Below, piece by piece: positions 1-14,146 of a DNA stretch of 64,000 nucleotides. The notes beneath the pieces were generated by a model that saw only the letters and a program-made list of their open reading frames with translations, ran no database searches and was not told the origin of the DNA. The stretch covers positions 344,615 to 408,614 of the forward strand of contig JAAOMT010000429.1 of assembly GCA_016748015.1 (NCBI GenBank), read 5' to 3'. Position numbers and translations under genes: made by a program. The DNA is from Geosiphon pyriformis uo1 (lineage: Eukaryota > Fungi > Glomeromycota). Each line of letters starts with the position of its first letter. Within the stretch, counting starts at the first letter, position 1.

Positions 1-35
<35 letters not shown>
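1..35. repeat. poly-T tract
   Basis: 35 consecutive T at the window start. Confidence 0.95.
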
Positions 36-829
36 CACAATTTATAATATTCTGAACTTATATCTTTACTATACTTATTGAATATTTTGAGTTGCCAAAC
101 AAAAAATTAATTAAATTGGGTAAATATAATTTTCAAGAAAATTAACATCAAATCTTTCTTGAGTTTTCAAATTTTATTTGATACGCAAATAATAATAATA
201 ATAATAATATAAACAAAACAGATTAATCATAAATAAATTTAAAATTTTTTTAACCCAATTTAATATGCACATGGTCCCACAAAATTCTCTCAAATTCAAT
301 CATATTTTTGAACAAAACTTTGTGCTCACTTTTTTATTGTGATTTTTCCTATGTAAAGTTTTAATACCAGGTAAAAAAAGTGATATAATTTTTTTTATAA
401 ATTTGTTCATATAAAAAAATCTGACAATCTTTTTAATCAGTCTTTCCTGTGATAATATAGAAGATCCCTCATCATTCAAAGAACCGTTATGTGATATCAA
501 ACAAGATGTGGAATATCAATGATAATAAATTTTTTCTTTTTTACTTTAAAAAAAAAAGAAAAAAAATTTGAATCAATGAAAGCCTGTAAAAAATGCAGGG
601 TCTTGCATTAAAAAATCAAATCAATTATAGAAAGTAAACAGTGGAGGAATACTCTCATAAACTGTACAATAATAGATAAAATATATGTATGATATGTTAT
701 GGTAACCTTTTTCCGCAAACAATGTTGCATTGTGTGAGGTAGGAAAAAGGTTTTCACTCTTAAATTTACAGCATTGATTGTTTCACTAGGTTATAATAAC
801 TATCCTTCTAAATAAAGGTTGCTTTTGAG

Positions 830-898
<69 letters not shown>
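830..898. repeat. (CAT)23 microsatellite
   Basis: Perfect trinucleotide run, outside any supported ORF. Confidence 0.95.
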
Positions 899-2236
899 TT
901 AGAAATTGATTTGCTGAATGAAAATCCCCAAAATAAAAAGTAAAAGGAAAAGTAAAAGTAAAAGCAAAATTAAATCACCTTTAAAAAGAGAAAAGACGAT
1001 AAATTCACCTCTGAATCTAATCTAAGCCATTGCTATGTAAATTATACAAGTTTCTTTTTTGAATATAGAATTAATGATTCAAAGAATAATTCTACAAAGG
1101 TTTCTGAGTGAAAATCTCGAGATTCCTTTCAAAAGGAATTTTTCCCATGATATATTTTAGATTTTTAACTAATTTAAACAATTTCGGGTTCAAACTAAAG
1201 TATCTTCATTCTTAATCATCTATAATCGGCTAAAAAATAGATATATAGATTGATTAAATATGCATTTCAACAATGAAAAAAAATCTTGAAATACTTGATT
1301 CGGCAATTTACCACTTGTTAGCTATCACATGGCAATACAAAATGGTTAAAATATGCATAATATTTCAGTAGTATTGAATTTTAGTAATGAATTGGATCTA
1401 GACCTTTTTATTTACAAGGTAAAAACTGTTTAATGTTCTGTAACTAAATATTAGGAACTTTTTCAAGAACGAAAGACATTACACCTTATTTAATTTAATG
1501 ATGATTATGATCATGATTAAACAAAGGCAAGCCATTTCTACCAATGAAAATTTTTCTCATTGTCAATACTTTACTTTTATTGAACTATTTTTATAAAGTT
1601 ATCAACCCCCCAATAGTCTTTTATCAAAGATTCAATTGTAACAATAACATAAATAAACATTTAATGATATAAATTCATTGAACTTTTAAATCAATTAAAT
1701 ACTAAAAACATTTTTGAAATCACTTTTTCACCAAAAACGAATCTTTTTTTTTTTTTTTTTTTTTACCTATCTTTACAAAATTCTTCTTGAGTTTCTGTCA
1801 AATTTTCCCTGCCGGGTTTGGTTTTATTATTACTAATCATTCTTGAATGCAGTTTGAAAGGGACGACAAACATACTGCATTTGATCTCAATCTTTTCATT
1901 ATCGGGGGTCAAATTACTTGATTTTCATAATTGTTAAATATATATAAATATATAAATATATTCATATATATATATATATCATTAATTGATATAAAACAAG
2001 TGATTTTCCATTTTGAGGTTAATTATATATGTTCATATAAATTAAAACCTTTGAAGCGTTAGCATAAAAATTAATGGCTTCTAAACTCAAATGTTTATTC
2101 AATAGGTGAGTAAACTTTATTCTCTTTGAATATAAAAAGGAAGTGCCTTGAATGGTCAAAATTTTACCCTAAAAAAATTCGTAAATTAGTTTTTCTTGTT
2201 ATCGGATGATTCACTATCATTATTTTTATACAATCA

Positions 2237-3202
2237 ATGTCTAAAATTACAATTCCTAAAAAATCTTTATCCCTTTTTTCTTTACCTATCCATTCCGCTC
2301 TTAGCGTCTTTCAACAACAACAAAAACAACAACAACAACACCGAAAGAATTCAAAAAATTCTCAAGAAAACATGATTTTAACGACCATCCGAGCAGAGAA
2401 ACTAATCAAAACTCAAAATTCTTTAATACTCTCAAAACTTCATTATGACATTCTATACATTATATCAAAAGAATTTTTAGATATTCTTTCCATTTCTGCA
2501 CTTCGAAGAACATGTCTTTATCTATATATTACGCTTAAAGAAGAATCGATATATTCCGAAATTTTGATCCCTATCAACTTCACCGAGAATCAATTCAAAA
2601 AATTTTTCACTCATCTTCAAATTCACAACTTTTTACCTTCATTACGAAAAATTTTTTTTTACGAATCTACAATTACAATTGATTCAACAATCTTGCTTCT
2701 TCAATATTGTCCAAATATTCAATCCGTTTCGCTAATCGGGTGTAAGAACATTGCAATTCCAAAGTTAACAAATACTCTTGTTAAATGGCATCAAGACACA
2801 TCTGGATCCTCACCAAAACTCAACCACTTTGAAAATTTTATTGTTTCACGTTGCGTTGGTGGAAGTCGTCATTCACTCTCGATTCAAAAAATTAACGATG
2901 ATCTAGACATCCTTTACCAAGGTGAAAATGGTAAAAAATCCATTTTTCACATCACCGAATGTAACAATGATAACTGCGAGCAATGTACTTTACGATGTGG
3001 CGCCTGTGGTGTACAATACAAATTTTGTGATGCGTTTTGGATTAGGTGTGGATGGTGTCAAAAAAAGCAATTTTGTGGCGCTTGTGTATCTGATGCATCA
3101 CGAAAAAACGCCAAAAATTATTCGTTTCGATTTATGAGAATCAAAATGTGTCAGTTGTTTGATTTGATTTGTCCTGATGAGCCGGTATCTCTTCAGCATT
3201 AG
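2237..3202 (+). CDS. F-box protein with LRR-like middle and Cys-rich (ZZ-like zinc-binding) C-terminus, paralog 1 (321 aa, N-terminal poly-Q)
   Basis: Intact single-exon ORF. F-box-like LSKLHYDILYIISKEFLDILSISALRRTCLYLY; LRR-like LLQYCPNIQSVSLIGCKNI; C-terminal CxxxxCxxCxxxCxxC...WxxCxWCxxxxFCGxC. Collinear with two paralogs in the window. Confidence 0.85.
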   Translation: MSKITIPKKSLSLFSLPIHSALSVFQQQQKQQQQHRKNSKNSQENMILTTIRAEKLIKTQNSLILSKLHYDILYIISKEFLDILSISALRRTCLYLYITLKEESIYSEILIPINFTENQFKKFFTHLQIHNFLPSLRKIFFYESTITIDSTILLLQYCPNIQSVSLIGCKNIAIPKLTNTLVKWHQDTSGSSPKLNHFENFIVSRCVGGSRHSLSIQKINDDLDILYQGENGKKSIFHITECNNDNCEQCTLRCGACGVQYKFCDAFWIRCGWCQKKQFCGACVSDASRKNAKNYSFRFMRIKMCQLFDLICPDEPVSLQH

Positions 3203-3230
3203 AAATAATATATCGCTTTTTTTCCATCAA

Positions 3231-3312
3231 AATTCTTGAAACCTTGTTTAAATAAAAAATAATAGACAATTAATTCTTGAAACCTTGTTTAAATAAAAAA
3301 TAATAGACAATT
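3231..3312. repeat. 41-bp perfect tandem duplication just downstream of F-box gene 1
   Basis: AATTCTTGAAACCTTGTTTAAATAAAAAATAATAGACAATT at 3231-3271 and again at 3272-3312. Confidence 0.95.
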
Positions 3313-6071
3313 TTAACCCATTTATTCTTTTTAAGCTTATGATCACTATAGTAAAATTTCGTTTCTCACGTGTATTAATAATAAAGTCTTTTTTCCTGTA
3401 AATTATTTAATTTGTAATAAAAAAATTCCTTTAAAAATTTTTTTTATTTTATTTATTTTTACAAATCAATTTTAAAATTTTTTTGTGCCTGATTTGTCCA
3501 GACAAAAATTACATTTTATCTTGGGCCGAAAAATATGCCTCTTTTTTTTTAAGCTTTATCGATTAAAGTATGGATCTAAAAATTTGTTCTTTTGTTCAAA
3601 TATTATGAATAAAGTATGATCTCAATTAATCAGCCTTTTGATTTTTTCAAAATATCATACATGTACTTATGAGCAGTAGGATTTTTTAAAAAGCTATAAA
3701 TTCAAAAGAGTTCTTTTTAAATTTTTATTTATTTTTTTGGAATTAAGATCTTTTTAACTTTAAAATGATATTTGTCATAAGTTGTTGATCTCAATTTCCC
3801 GCCATAACTTTGATTTTCACCACTAATATGATTTTTTGCGTCAGCTGAAATCAGTGACAATCATATGATGCATGAGGAGGTTTTATTAAACAAATGAATA
3901 TCTAGTGATGTCAAAATTAAAAAGGGAAAATTAGATATATATATATATATAATAAAAATAAAATGTGGTCTTGAATACTTTTTTCTCATTTTTTAGGATA
4001 TCAGTTGCACAGTGAATATTTGATATGAGGAAGTTGCTCTAGCCAAATATTATTGATGAGTTATTTGAATCTGTTTCATAGAAATTAGAATTTGCAAATC
4101 AAGATAGCTTAAAAGAGTTCTTGAGTAGACTTCAAACAAGATATTTTCGAATTCAATTTTTTTTTATTGTTCAAAATTAGTATTGGATTGTGTTATTTAA
4201 AAATAATTTTCAAAATTCTGTCGAATATCAAATTTTATTCATTAATTTTCAGATGTCAATAAACAATCTGTGGTCTTTTTTTTTTCTTTTTTTTCTTTTT
4301 TTTCTTTTTTTCTTTTTTTGACATAAAACGATTACTTAATTTTTTCTACCTCAGAGAAAAATTATTTTCAATTTAATATTGGTTATACTCAATCTCAGAA
4401 TTACAAGCGAGCAAGCAAGCAACTTTAAAAGAAAAAAAATATTTAAAGATATAAAACTATAAAGGATATAAAAAATTGGGAAATTTCGTAAAAATTAACA
4501 GTGAACTTTGAAAACCTCAATTTAATATAATTGATTAAAATTAGAAAAAAATGAAATTAATGTTGAAAATCTCAAATTTTTAAAATATCAAAATATAAAT
4601 TTTTTTCATCTGTGAAAAATGATTTGTACAATGATAATCAGTTAGATGTCAGATGATCGTGTCAATTTTTAAATGTCCAAAATATAATTGCGATATCGCT
4701 TGTTTCTTTAATCAACCGGCTGAAAAAGATCGTGAATGAAGGAGAAAGGCACAGTTTGAAGTGGATCACTTTATTGAAATTGATTAGCTGAAAATAGTGC
4801 AAAATAACATCCGGTCAAAAAAGAAAATGATCCCATTTTTGTGTCCCTTACCACTACCGGTAAGTAATTCTCTTATTTATTGTCTTTCTGCCAACTGTGG
4901 AACAACTGTGTAACCTTATTAAGCTATTACTCAATTTTTTATCGCAAATATCTGTTTTCTCGGAAAATAAGATAACCATTGGGTTGATGAGATCTAGGAA
5001 AGTATATTTGTGGTGCTACACAGGCAAGCCAAGAACCAGTTGAAAGAAAAAGGCTGCATTTGTTTCTAACAAGTTTTACTCTTACCTAAACATGCATGGC
5101 CTGCCAACTAATGAGGATGTGAAATAGATTTAATTAGAAGGATATCAAAATTTTTAATGAGCTTCATAAACTTCTGGTGGTGGCTGTTTTTTTCTACAAG
5201 AATGCTGGCCTTTTTCTGTTTCTACACCCTTGGTTATTAGTAAAAAATTATCAAAGAATAAAAATAAAAAGATATTTGAACTATTTTCGGTGACAGATCT
5301 TCATATTTCGAGTAATTGAGGAATATTTTTCTCAAATATCAAAGATTTCAAAAAAGTAAAAATTCTTCTTTCACCCTGGAAACTTTTTTTAAAGCAAGAA
5401 ACCTATCGTCGGGAAAAAAGCCAGGAATATTCAAGATTTGCCTCACGAATTGGATGATCCTGCAACTTGTAATATCTGTCCACCCCGCATACAGCAATAT
5501 CCCAATGAGGTAATGAATCTATGAATACTGGGAGACCTTGCAGCATGTTGTCGTTTTTTTGAAAAACACATTGTTCATGAAATACGCCAGTCAATTATTC
5601 AAATTAAAACATGTGCCTAAGGGCAATTGTTTCAATAAGAGTGTACAACTAAGAGCCAATAAAAATTTTTATCAACTAACTGAACAAAATCGAAAAAGAG
5701 TCAAACTCACTTGAAAAAATCTTATGCAGGTGGATGCATTTACCTTGAAATTTTTGTCAATGTAAACAGAGGTTGAGTTAAGGGGACAATATGCGTTGAC
5801 GTCTTGTAATTGAATGCTTTTTCACCCATCAGATGCCCTGAAAATTTTATTACTAAGCAAATAAACTATTAGGGCATTCTAATACAACCTCAGTTTTATT
5901 AAAAGTATTTATGAGCACATGCTGAATGTGATCAAAAAGAAAGTGATTTGATCAGCGTGTGAGTTTAGCTATTAAATTTTTATTATTGTTCGTTTAATTA
6001 TTTTAAAATGTTTAACGAATTCAGACGTTATAGGTTTCACATACTTAACCAGATAGCGTTGAATATAGTTC

Positions 6072-6110
6072 GTGTGTGTGTGCGTTTGTGTGTGTGTGTG
6101 TGTGTGTGTG
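6072..6110. repeat. imperfect (GT)n microsatellite
   Basis: gtgtgtgtgtgcgtttgtgtgtgt... run. Confidence 0.9.
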
Positions 6111-8598
6111 TTTAATAAAAAATTAAACTGGAAAATATTTTGATCTTATTGTAAATGATAAAGATCAAAACTATTTATCACATATTTATCGAATAATTAA
6201 TTTTTATTAAAATATAAAACAAAGTTAAACTCAATGTTAATTTTAAATTATAGCATTAGAATAAAATCTATATAAAAATAATCTGTTTTAAATATATATA
6301 ATAAAGTATTAGAAATAATAATAATATATTTGACCAATAAGATTAATAATCTCATTATATTTAAACATTAATCAAAATTAATATTAATAAAAAATATGTA
6401 AAAAAAAATTTTAGAAATTAAAAAATTTATTATAATAAATTATTAATAAATCTCAAAAAAAATGAGAATTTTCAACAAAAATTATAATATATAAAGATAA
6501 AATTTAATTAATAATTTTTATTTTTATATTTATAAAATTGTTTTATTAATTAATCTTAAAACATTATATATATATATATATATATTACAAAAAAATTTTT
6601 AATTTTAAAATTTAAACATAAAAATTATCTTAAAAGTATTTTGTAATTATGCCAAAAATCCAAAATTAATATATATATTCTATTTTCAAAATCATTTGAA
6701 CTTTAAAATTAAAAGAATTTTATTATATATATTTTTTATTTTTATTTTTATTTTCTAAATATATGAATTTTTTCTGTGTTGAAAAAAATATTTTTTATAA
6801 TTTATTTTTATTTAGTTTTCTTTTTTATAAACTACTATTTATAATAAATATATAATCAATTAATTGAATGAAAATATTTTATTATATTTTTTAACGATTA
6901 TATCATACAATATATATATATATATGAAATGTAATTTTTACCTTCAAAAAATAAAATTCATTCTATGTATAAAATATGAAAATTTTCATAACTTATTAAA
7001 AATTTTTTCAATCAAATCTACTAATATAACTTTTTTAAAATGTCAAGAGGTAATTTTTTTAATAAATCATATGTATATAAAAATATTCTTCATTATTGAC
7101 ACATGACTATCATTATAGATATAAATAGATCTCTTGAAAGAAATCGAATCAGGACAACAAATGACATTTTTCAATTAGATATTTCAATGATTTCTAAATA
7201 AAAATAAATTTGGGGTATAGAACACTTTTGAATTTATTAGAAAATTAAATATTATAAGAATTATTCTGTTTTAGGTATAAATAATTATAAATAAATCTTT
7301 TAAATTAAAAATGGTAATAAGAATAATTCAAATTTCTACTTTAATTTCAATAAAAAATAAAATGATTTATTAAAATTCTAAAAAGTTATATAAGCGACTG
7401 AAAGGAGAAACTGGGGGTAAAAAATGACGTTATTATTGAAAAAATTTGAGTAGATGATTTTTGGAATCTATGTAAAAGAAATAGATTCTATTGTTTCAAA
7501 ATTATTTCCTGTTATTTTAATCGCGTGTTAACTGATTTTCAATACTTATTTACTTATCCTATTTAATCGGTTGAGCCAATTTGATTCTGTATGTAAGAAT
7601 ATCTTAAAGAAAGTGAAGGAAGATTCAAAATATAGTAAACTGCAACATGCAAAGCCCCTCTTTCGCTTCCCCATAAAATGCACAAAAGGAGTTCAAATTA
7701 TCTGAATGCCAATATTGTATTCAAAGGGTATTTAAAGCAATCTAACTTTAATCTATAAAAATTTTATTTTATTTTATTTTATTAAACTGTAAAATTGAAA
7801 GGTTTTTAGCCATACCCCTTATGTTTATGAATAAAAATTAACAATACATCTACTCAATTCGCGGTTTTTTTTTTTTGATCTTCCGATATCAATGATCCTT
7901 CGTTACATTGCATTTAAAATGTGTGATTTCAGATAGTCCCTGATGACAAAAGATGTTTGCATATGGCTTCTATAATTACCAGTATTCAACCCTAATCCTT
8001 CCGAGTATTTTATTTGTTGGGGGGTTAAATCATAGCTAAACCATATTTCCCACGCTATAATCAGTCATTTGCGTATTTAATTTTTGAAAATCTTTCAATA
8101 TTTTTTGGATAATTTTTGCTATTGACCTTATGAAAATTAAGCTAAATAGTAAGAAATTTTATACGCTATACCTCCAAGCTCTCATTTTTTTTCAACATGA
8201 TCAGCAGCTTAAGGTTAAGCGAGGAAAAAATTGATATTTCCCTCCAAATTTTGTAAAATGATTTACTCTGCAGGATAATCAAATTTAGAAAACCCTATCC
8301 AGATATTTTTTTCAGGAGTGCAGCAGAATAGATAATGGTCGCCGGGTAAGATATTGTGCCTACAGCTTTTATTCTCCCGATAAAGGGTCTTTCACTTAAA
8401 CCAAGGATAGTTAGCAGCCATTTAGAGAAAATTTTAAAATCATTTATTGAAAACAACAAAAAGGATAATTAAATAGATGTAGTCTGATAGGCAGGTTTAA
8501 ATTATGTCATTCTATTAATAAAAAATAGTCGTATTGCTATCGAAAAAGATATCCAAAAATTGTCTTTGTTTTATGGCAGTTTCACAGATTCATGAAAA

Positions 8599-9011
8599 NN
8601 NNNNNNNNNNNNNNNNNNNNNNNNNNNNNNNNNNNNNNNNNNNNNNNNNNNNNNNNNNNNNNNNNNNNNNNNNNNNNNNNNNNNNNNNNNNNNNNNNNNN
8701 NNNNNNNNNNNNNNNNNNNNNNNNNNNNNNNNNNNNNNNNNNNNNNNNNNNNNNNNNNNNNNNNNNNNNNNNNNNNNNNNNNNNNNNNNNNNNNNNNNNN
8801 NNNNNNNNNNNNNNNNNNNNNNNNNNNNNNNNNNNNNNNNNNNNNNNNNNNNNNNNNNNNNNNNNNNNNNNNNNNNNNNNNNNNNNNNNNNNNNNNNNNN
8901 NNNNNNNNNNNNNNNNNNNNNNNNNNNNNNNNNNNNNNNNNNNNNNNNNNNNNNNNNNNNNNNNNNNNNNNNNNNNNNNNNNNNNNNNNNNNNNNNNNNN
9001 NNNNNNNNNNN
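8599..9011. other. assembly gap (413 N), followed by poly-A at 9012-9040
   Basis: Run of N. Confidence 1.
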
Positions 9012-9042
<31 letters not shown>

Positions 9043-9228
9043 ACGAATATAATCTATCAATTTTAAATTACGTTTTACGAGAGATTCTCTGATATTATAT
9101 ACACTTACATGAAAATACTTTCGGTCCTACATTACGAGTGTGGTGTTTAAATTTTATTCGAAGAGAGTGAGATATATATTTACGTATGTTTCTATTGAAA
9201 TCTATTTACATTTTCGAAATTTTTGAAA

Positions 9229-10038
9229 TTAATCTTCACAATTCATTTGAAAAAAAAGACAAATTTTCATTTTCATATACTGGAATTGAGAATTATGACT
9301 AGTACCACTTGAAGAAGCATGTGAATAACATTTTCCACAGAATTGTCTTTTCTTACACCAACGACAAGATAGCCAATTTTTATCAAGAAAATCATATTTA
9401 TCTCCACAAATGCTACAATTTCTTGTGCATTGTTTACAAAGAGGATCTTCACACTCGACGAGATCAAATAATGGAGTTTTTCTTTTAGAAATTTCTTGAA
9501 TTTTTGCTAGCCTGTCATTCGCTTTGGCCATTGATAGAGTATTTCTTTCACCACCTGAACATCTAGTGAATATAAACCTTTCGAAAAAAGATAAAGATGG
9601 AGATTCGCCGAGTTCATTTTGTTTCCAATTTAAAAATGAATCGGTCAAATGGGGAAGTGAAAGATTTGTGCAGTGTATGTATGAAAATTGTTTAATTTTT
9701 TCACAATGTTCCAAAATTGAAATGGTGGCGTTGATTGAGATTTCAGAATTGAAAAAAGTGATTTTTCGCACAAATTGCAAGTAATTTTTGGATTTCAAGT
9801 GATTGAATAGTGAATAGAATTGTTTTTCTGTAATATTATTAGGAATTTTTATATCGGAATATAATAAGTTTGGTGGGAGAGCACGATAAATATCGCGGCA
9901 TGTAAATTTAAGATTTAGTATAGATAAAATTTTTAAATTTTCTAAAATAATACGAAAGACATCGTCAGGAAGATGATGTAAGGAAAGGGATTGAATTTGG
10001 GACATTTTCTCATCTCGGATGTTTGGTAATCTAAACAT
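9229..10038 (-). CDS. F-box protein with LRR-like middle and Cys-rich (ZZ-like) C-terminus, paralog 2 (269 aa from the ATG at 10038)
   Basis: F-box LHHLPDDVFRIILENLKILSILNLKFTCRDIY; W-x5-G-x-SP-x-L and FIFTRCSGG shared with paralog 1; same Cys pattern. The ORF track starts at TTG; the first ATG is at 10038. Confidence 0.85.
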   Translation of the reverse strand: MFRLPNIRDEKMSQIQSLSLHHLPDDVFRIILENLKILSILNLKFTCRDIYRALPPNLLYSDIKIPNNITEKQFYSLFNHLKSKNYLQFVRKITFFNSEISINATISILEHCEKIKQFSYIHCTNLSLPHLTDSFLNWKQNELGESPSLSFFERFIFTRCSGGERNTLSMAKANDRLAKIQEISKRKTPLFDLVECEDPLCKQCTRNCSICGDKYDFLDKNWLSCRWCKKRQFCGKCYSHASSSGTSHNSQFQYMKMKICLFFQMNCED

Positions 10039-13000
10039 TATGAATGCCAATTAAAAAGAGAGAAATGAATGGCGTGAAAAAACTAATCGTTGAAATTTTT
10101 CGGTCAAGAAAATAAGGAGTAACTTATTAAAAAATATGCTTGACAAAAGAGAAAGTGAAAAAGATCCGAGAAAAAGTCAATTGTTTTCTTCATACTTTTT
10201 TACCTTTGGAAAGTGCCTTCTTTTTTATAAAAATTTTGTTACGTAAAGGTAGGTCAAATTAAAAAAAAGAATTCATGGTTCCTTTCCTTTTTTTCTCCGT
10301 CTACAATTTTATTGGGTTGAAGCAGACTATTTGCTAAGCGAATAATCAGGGTGAAAAAAAAATTGCACAAGGAAATCTCGAATGCACAGCGTAAAAAATG
10401 CAAGATTCAGGGTAATGACTATCTCGAATATGCAGATTTATGCCTTTTTTAATTGCAGATTTGCCAAAGTTTTTTGTCGTCAGTTAAAATTATACATTCT
10501 TTTGAGTAAAAAATTATTTTCCAATAAATTTCTTTCAATATATATAGATAGTACATTAAACTGGTGAAGAAATCTTTAAAAAGTACATTAAAAATCATTC
10601 GGAATTGTTTATTCAGATTAGATTTAAAGATATGACGAGGCTAAGCATATACATAAAAGGCAGGTTCGATGAATGCCATTTCGATAAACACATGAATCCT
10701 TTATTTTTAGAAGGCATACTTATGCAAAGTTTTTTAAACTAAAAAAAAAATTACAAATCTTTTGATATACATGTATATCAATTTGAATATCTTTATATAT
10801 TTTAGTGAGTTCAAAAGAAAATTTTTTTTTTTTGCAAATCATCTGCTTTGGTCTACAATGATAGTATTGTTGCAAACAAAAAAGCTCACTGATAGCACAA
10901 GTATCCCCTGCATGAATCTCTACCTTGTAGTAGTAATACATATTATCAAATTTAAAAAAAAATATACTAGATCACACATAAATAACCTTTAAAAAAAAGA
11001 AAAAGAAAAAGAAATGATGATGGTTATTTTCGGGAATTGATTATTTCCTTTTGATATTTTTATACATCCCTAAATTTGAATGAATGAGATTTCAAGTTCA
11101 TATTGCATTGTGAGATTTTTTATATTTAGAATTACAATAAAGTTGAGTTTTGACAGCTTGATTATAAGAACAATGAGAAAATTAAAAGGGGATTTTTAAA
11201 ATTCACATGCTTCAAATCAGAAGGTATCCAAAAATTTTTTGTTTGAAATTATTTTATACTAGCCATGTGCACAACAAAAAAGTTTTTTAAAACCTTCTTT
11301 AAGCTATAATAACCGATTCAGATCGATTTTTTTCCAAAAACGTGTTCCCTTTACCAAGGGGAGTTATTTTGCACGATAATCAATTTTACACTATAAACAT
11401 GCCAGCATGCTGATCTAAAATTCTCATGACCTCAGAATGAACAATGTGATAATGTTTGAAACGTGGGAATGAGATATAGATATTGCACATTTTTTTGGTC
11501 GTATTGTTTTTACGTTTATAGTGCTAACTATTTTTCAACTAGATTAAAAAAGTGATTTGGTCAGCAGTGAATAAATTATGTCTGGGGAGGATTAACCCCC
11601 TCTCCCACGTTTCGGGGGATTAAATTACCATTGGCTAAATTCATTTTCAAGAAAGAATTCAAAAAAAACTGCTATAGTTTTTCTTTTTCCTAGGAGATCT
11701 CAAAATCGGCGTATCGATTCAATAATGAATTAAACGACAAAGCTTTTTTGGCTTGATGTAGCTTCTTGAATTTCACGAGTTTCTATCCAAACCCTCCAAG
11801 TCACCTGTTAATCACAAAATTTTAAGAATTGTTGAAATCCAAATAGTTTAAATAATTCAATAAATTTATGCAAAAAACTGTAGTTGAAATCTCTAAAGAG
11901 TAGTAAATGATTTCAAAAAAGACTGAAAATCTAGGAGCAAGAGTTCATACAGCAAAATTTTTAATCTTCAATATTAAAAATTTTATCCGAGGGAATATTA
12001 TGCAAGCGCTAAAAACATTATTTAACAAACTGATACTTTATAGCGTCCTCAAAAGTGTTTGGCAGAAACTCTTGTTGTTAGGAATATAACCCATATAGAT
12101 TCTCGAAAGTTTTGCTTCCAAAAAATCACCTAGCGTATCCCTTTTGGTGTAGATCACTTCGAATATTTTTGGGTACTCACTCCTTTAACAAATATTTATA
12201 AGGAATTAAGATATGAACTGAGAGCCTAGAAATCTACTAAATGCCTTCATAATGTAAAATTTTGCCCATGCTGTTGAAAAATGTCGTTCTTTACGTAATT
12301 TCTCTGGAGCCCAAAGAAATTTCTCTAAAATATTCAATGGGTACATAAATTGATTGCTTGGGACAAAAAATTGAAAAGACCTGGTAGTCAAATTTAATGG
12401 AAGAATCTTTTTTATTGCATACATTATTTTGGTAATAGATTGAATGAATATGACGTCTCACTTATAGGATTCATATCAGAAAAGAATGCATATAAAAGTC
12501 ATATTTGAAACAAATCTACACACAAAGATCTTGGATGCTATATTATTAATATAATTTTTTAAACAGAAAAAGCAGAAAATATTTTCAAAAATGTAAAAAA
12601 AATTTAAACTTGAAAATATACAATAAAAGTTTGGATTACAAATAACTGGTCAAAAAAAAATTAACATATATAAAAATATGCAGAACACTATTTATTTTTA
12701 AATTTTTAAATTGATAAATAAAATATCCTATAATAATTTCAGCAAAAAAGATAATTAAAATGATATTATAATGAATTAGAATTAAAAATTTTAAGTAAAA
12801 TAAATTTTTAAAATTTCAAAGATTAACTCAATTGCATTAAATTAAAATTAATAATAATAATAATTATATACATGTAATTGTGATAGATGTTCATTAATTA
12901 AAATTATAAATAGTTTTATTCAAATTAATTATATATCAATAAAAAGGTTTTGTGCTATTTCATTTTTATTTGATTTTTTTGAAAGAAAGCTCAAAAATAA

Positions 13001-13438
13001 AAAAAAAGAATTTTTCGAAATAAATGAACAAGGAATCTTTATTGGGCTGTAAAAGTCTTTAAAATGTTACTGGCAACTTTATTTGTTTTTGTTTCCTTTA
13101 GAATGACCATTTCATTAACTATTTACTATTCTCAAAATATTAAAGTAAATTTATTTTCTTTCCTGCTAAAAATTGAAACAGTTGTGTCTTTGAACCTTAA
13201 AAATTTTTTGAAACCTTTAAAAGTCTAAGCGCATGTATGCAATTTTTTAGCTCCTTATTATTTGTAAATTATACTGGAAACATTCGGTAAGTTCAGTTTA
13301 AATTTGTGGATCTTTCGGATTAAAAGAGTTAATTGCCGGATTTTCAATGTCAAATTCTTGACTTCATGCTATTTTTGTAAAATTTCAGTTTCATATTGTT
13401 TAAATTATAGGCTTCTGGATTTATATGATCATAAGATG

Positions 13439-13720
13439 TTAGCATTTCCCTATATACTTCGGACCTCTCATTTTGCACTTCAGTAACTTTCTTCCAGCTC
13501 TGGCTAGGTGCTCAGCGAGTTCTTCTATTAAGTCTTGCTCTTCAGCCTTTGACATCGCTCTATTCCAGTAATAGATTTCAACTGAGCATTTTTTTCCAAC
13601 ATTTGAGCGAGGCAGAAATCTTGACCTTGCTGGGTACATAGCAAGTTGCACTTTGGCAACACATTTCGGTAAAAATATCTCACTCTCTTCAGTAGGAATT
13701 TTGCATATTTTGAGTGCCAT
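13439..13720 (-). CDS. hypothetical 93-aa ORF or gene relic, divergent from the CRN pseudogene
   Basis: ATG-started ORF in a locally GC-richer patch, with a protein-like amphipathic stretch (EEQDLIEELAEHLARAG). No family recognised. Confidence 0.25.
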   Translation of the reverse strand: MALKICKIPTEESEIFLPKCVAKVQLAMYPARSRFLPRSNVGKKCSVEIYYWNRAMSKAEEQDLIEELAEHLARAGRKLLKCKMRGPKYIGKC

Positions 13721-14146
13721 TAGCCAGTAGCGATAGACAAAGCACTACATTTCCAAATAAAAGTGATCTTTTATTTCAAAATGGACTGTTTTTTGTCAAA
13801 ATTTCTCACTTTCAAAACATACTTTCCTAGCATGTTTAAGAGCACATTTAACAATCACTTTATTTTAAGTTAGATTCACAAGTAAGTACCATTATGAGAT
13901 TTACGAGTGGCAAAACGCCATTCGTGAGGAAATCACAGTCATAGTGTTGTGGTTGGGTATAGAAGAGACCATTATTTAGCAGTTCTAATGCCCTCTCATT
14001 CATAATAATAGGCATTTAATCACAACGAAACTGCAAAACGCGCGAATTCATCAGTAAGTGCTCCTTCTTTGATGAACACTGATTCTCTTTTCATTTGTCT
14101 TCATCGCAACTTAACAAATATTCTGACATTGTTACTGACATGCAAA

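Noticed and set aside
8534-9092. Three ORFs of 156-172 aa spanning the N run
   Set aside because: Artefacts of translating an assembly gap and the adjacent poly-A
11640-12470. Possible F-box relic on the minus strand (FNLLPK*CMQ...KFLWAP)
   Set aside because: Motif match too weak to call by eye; needs a profile search
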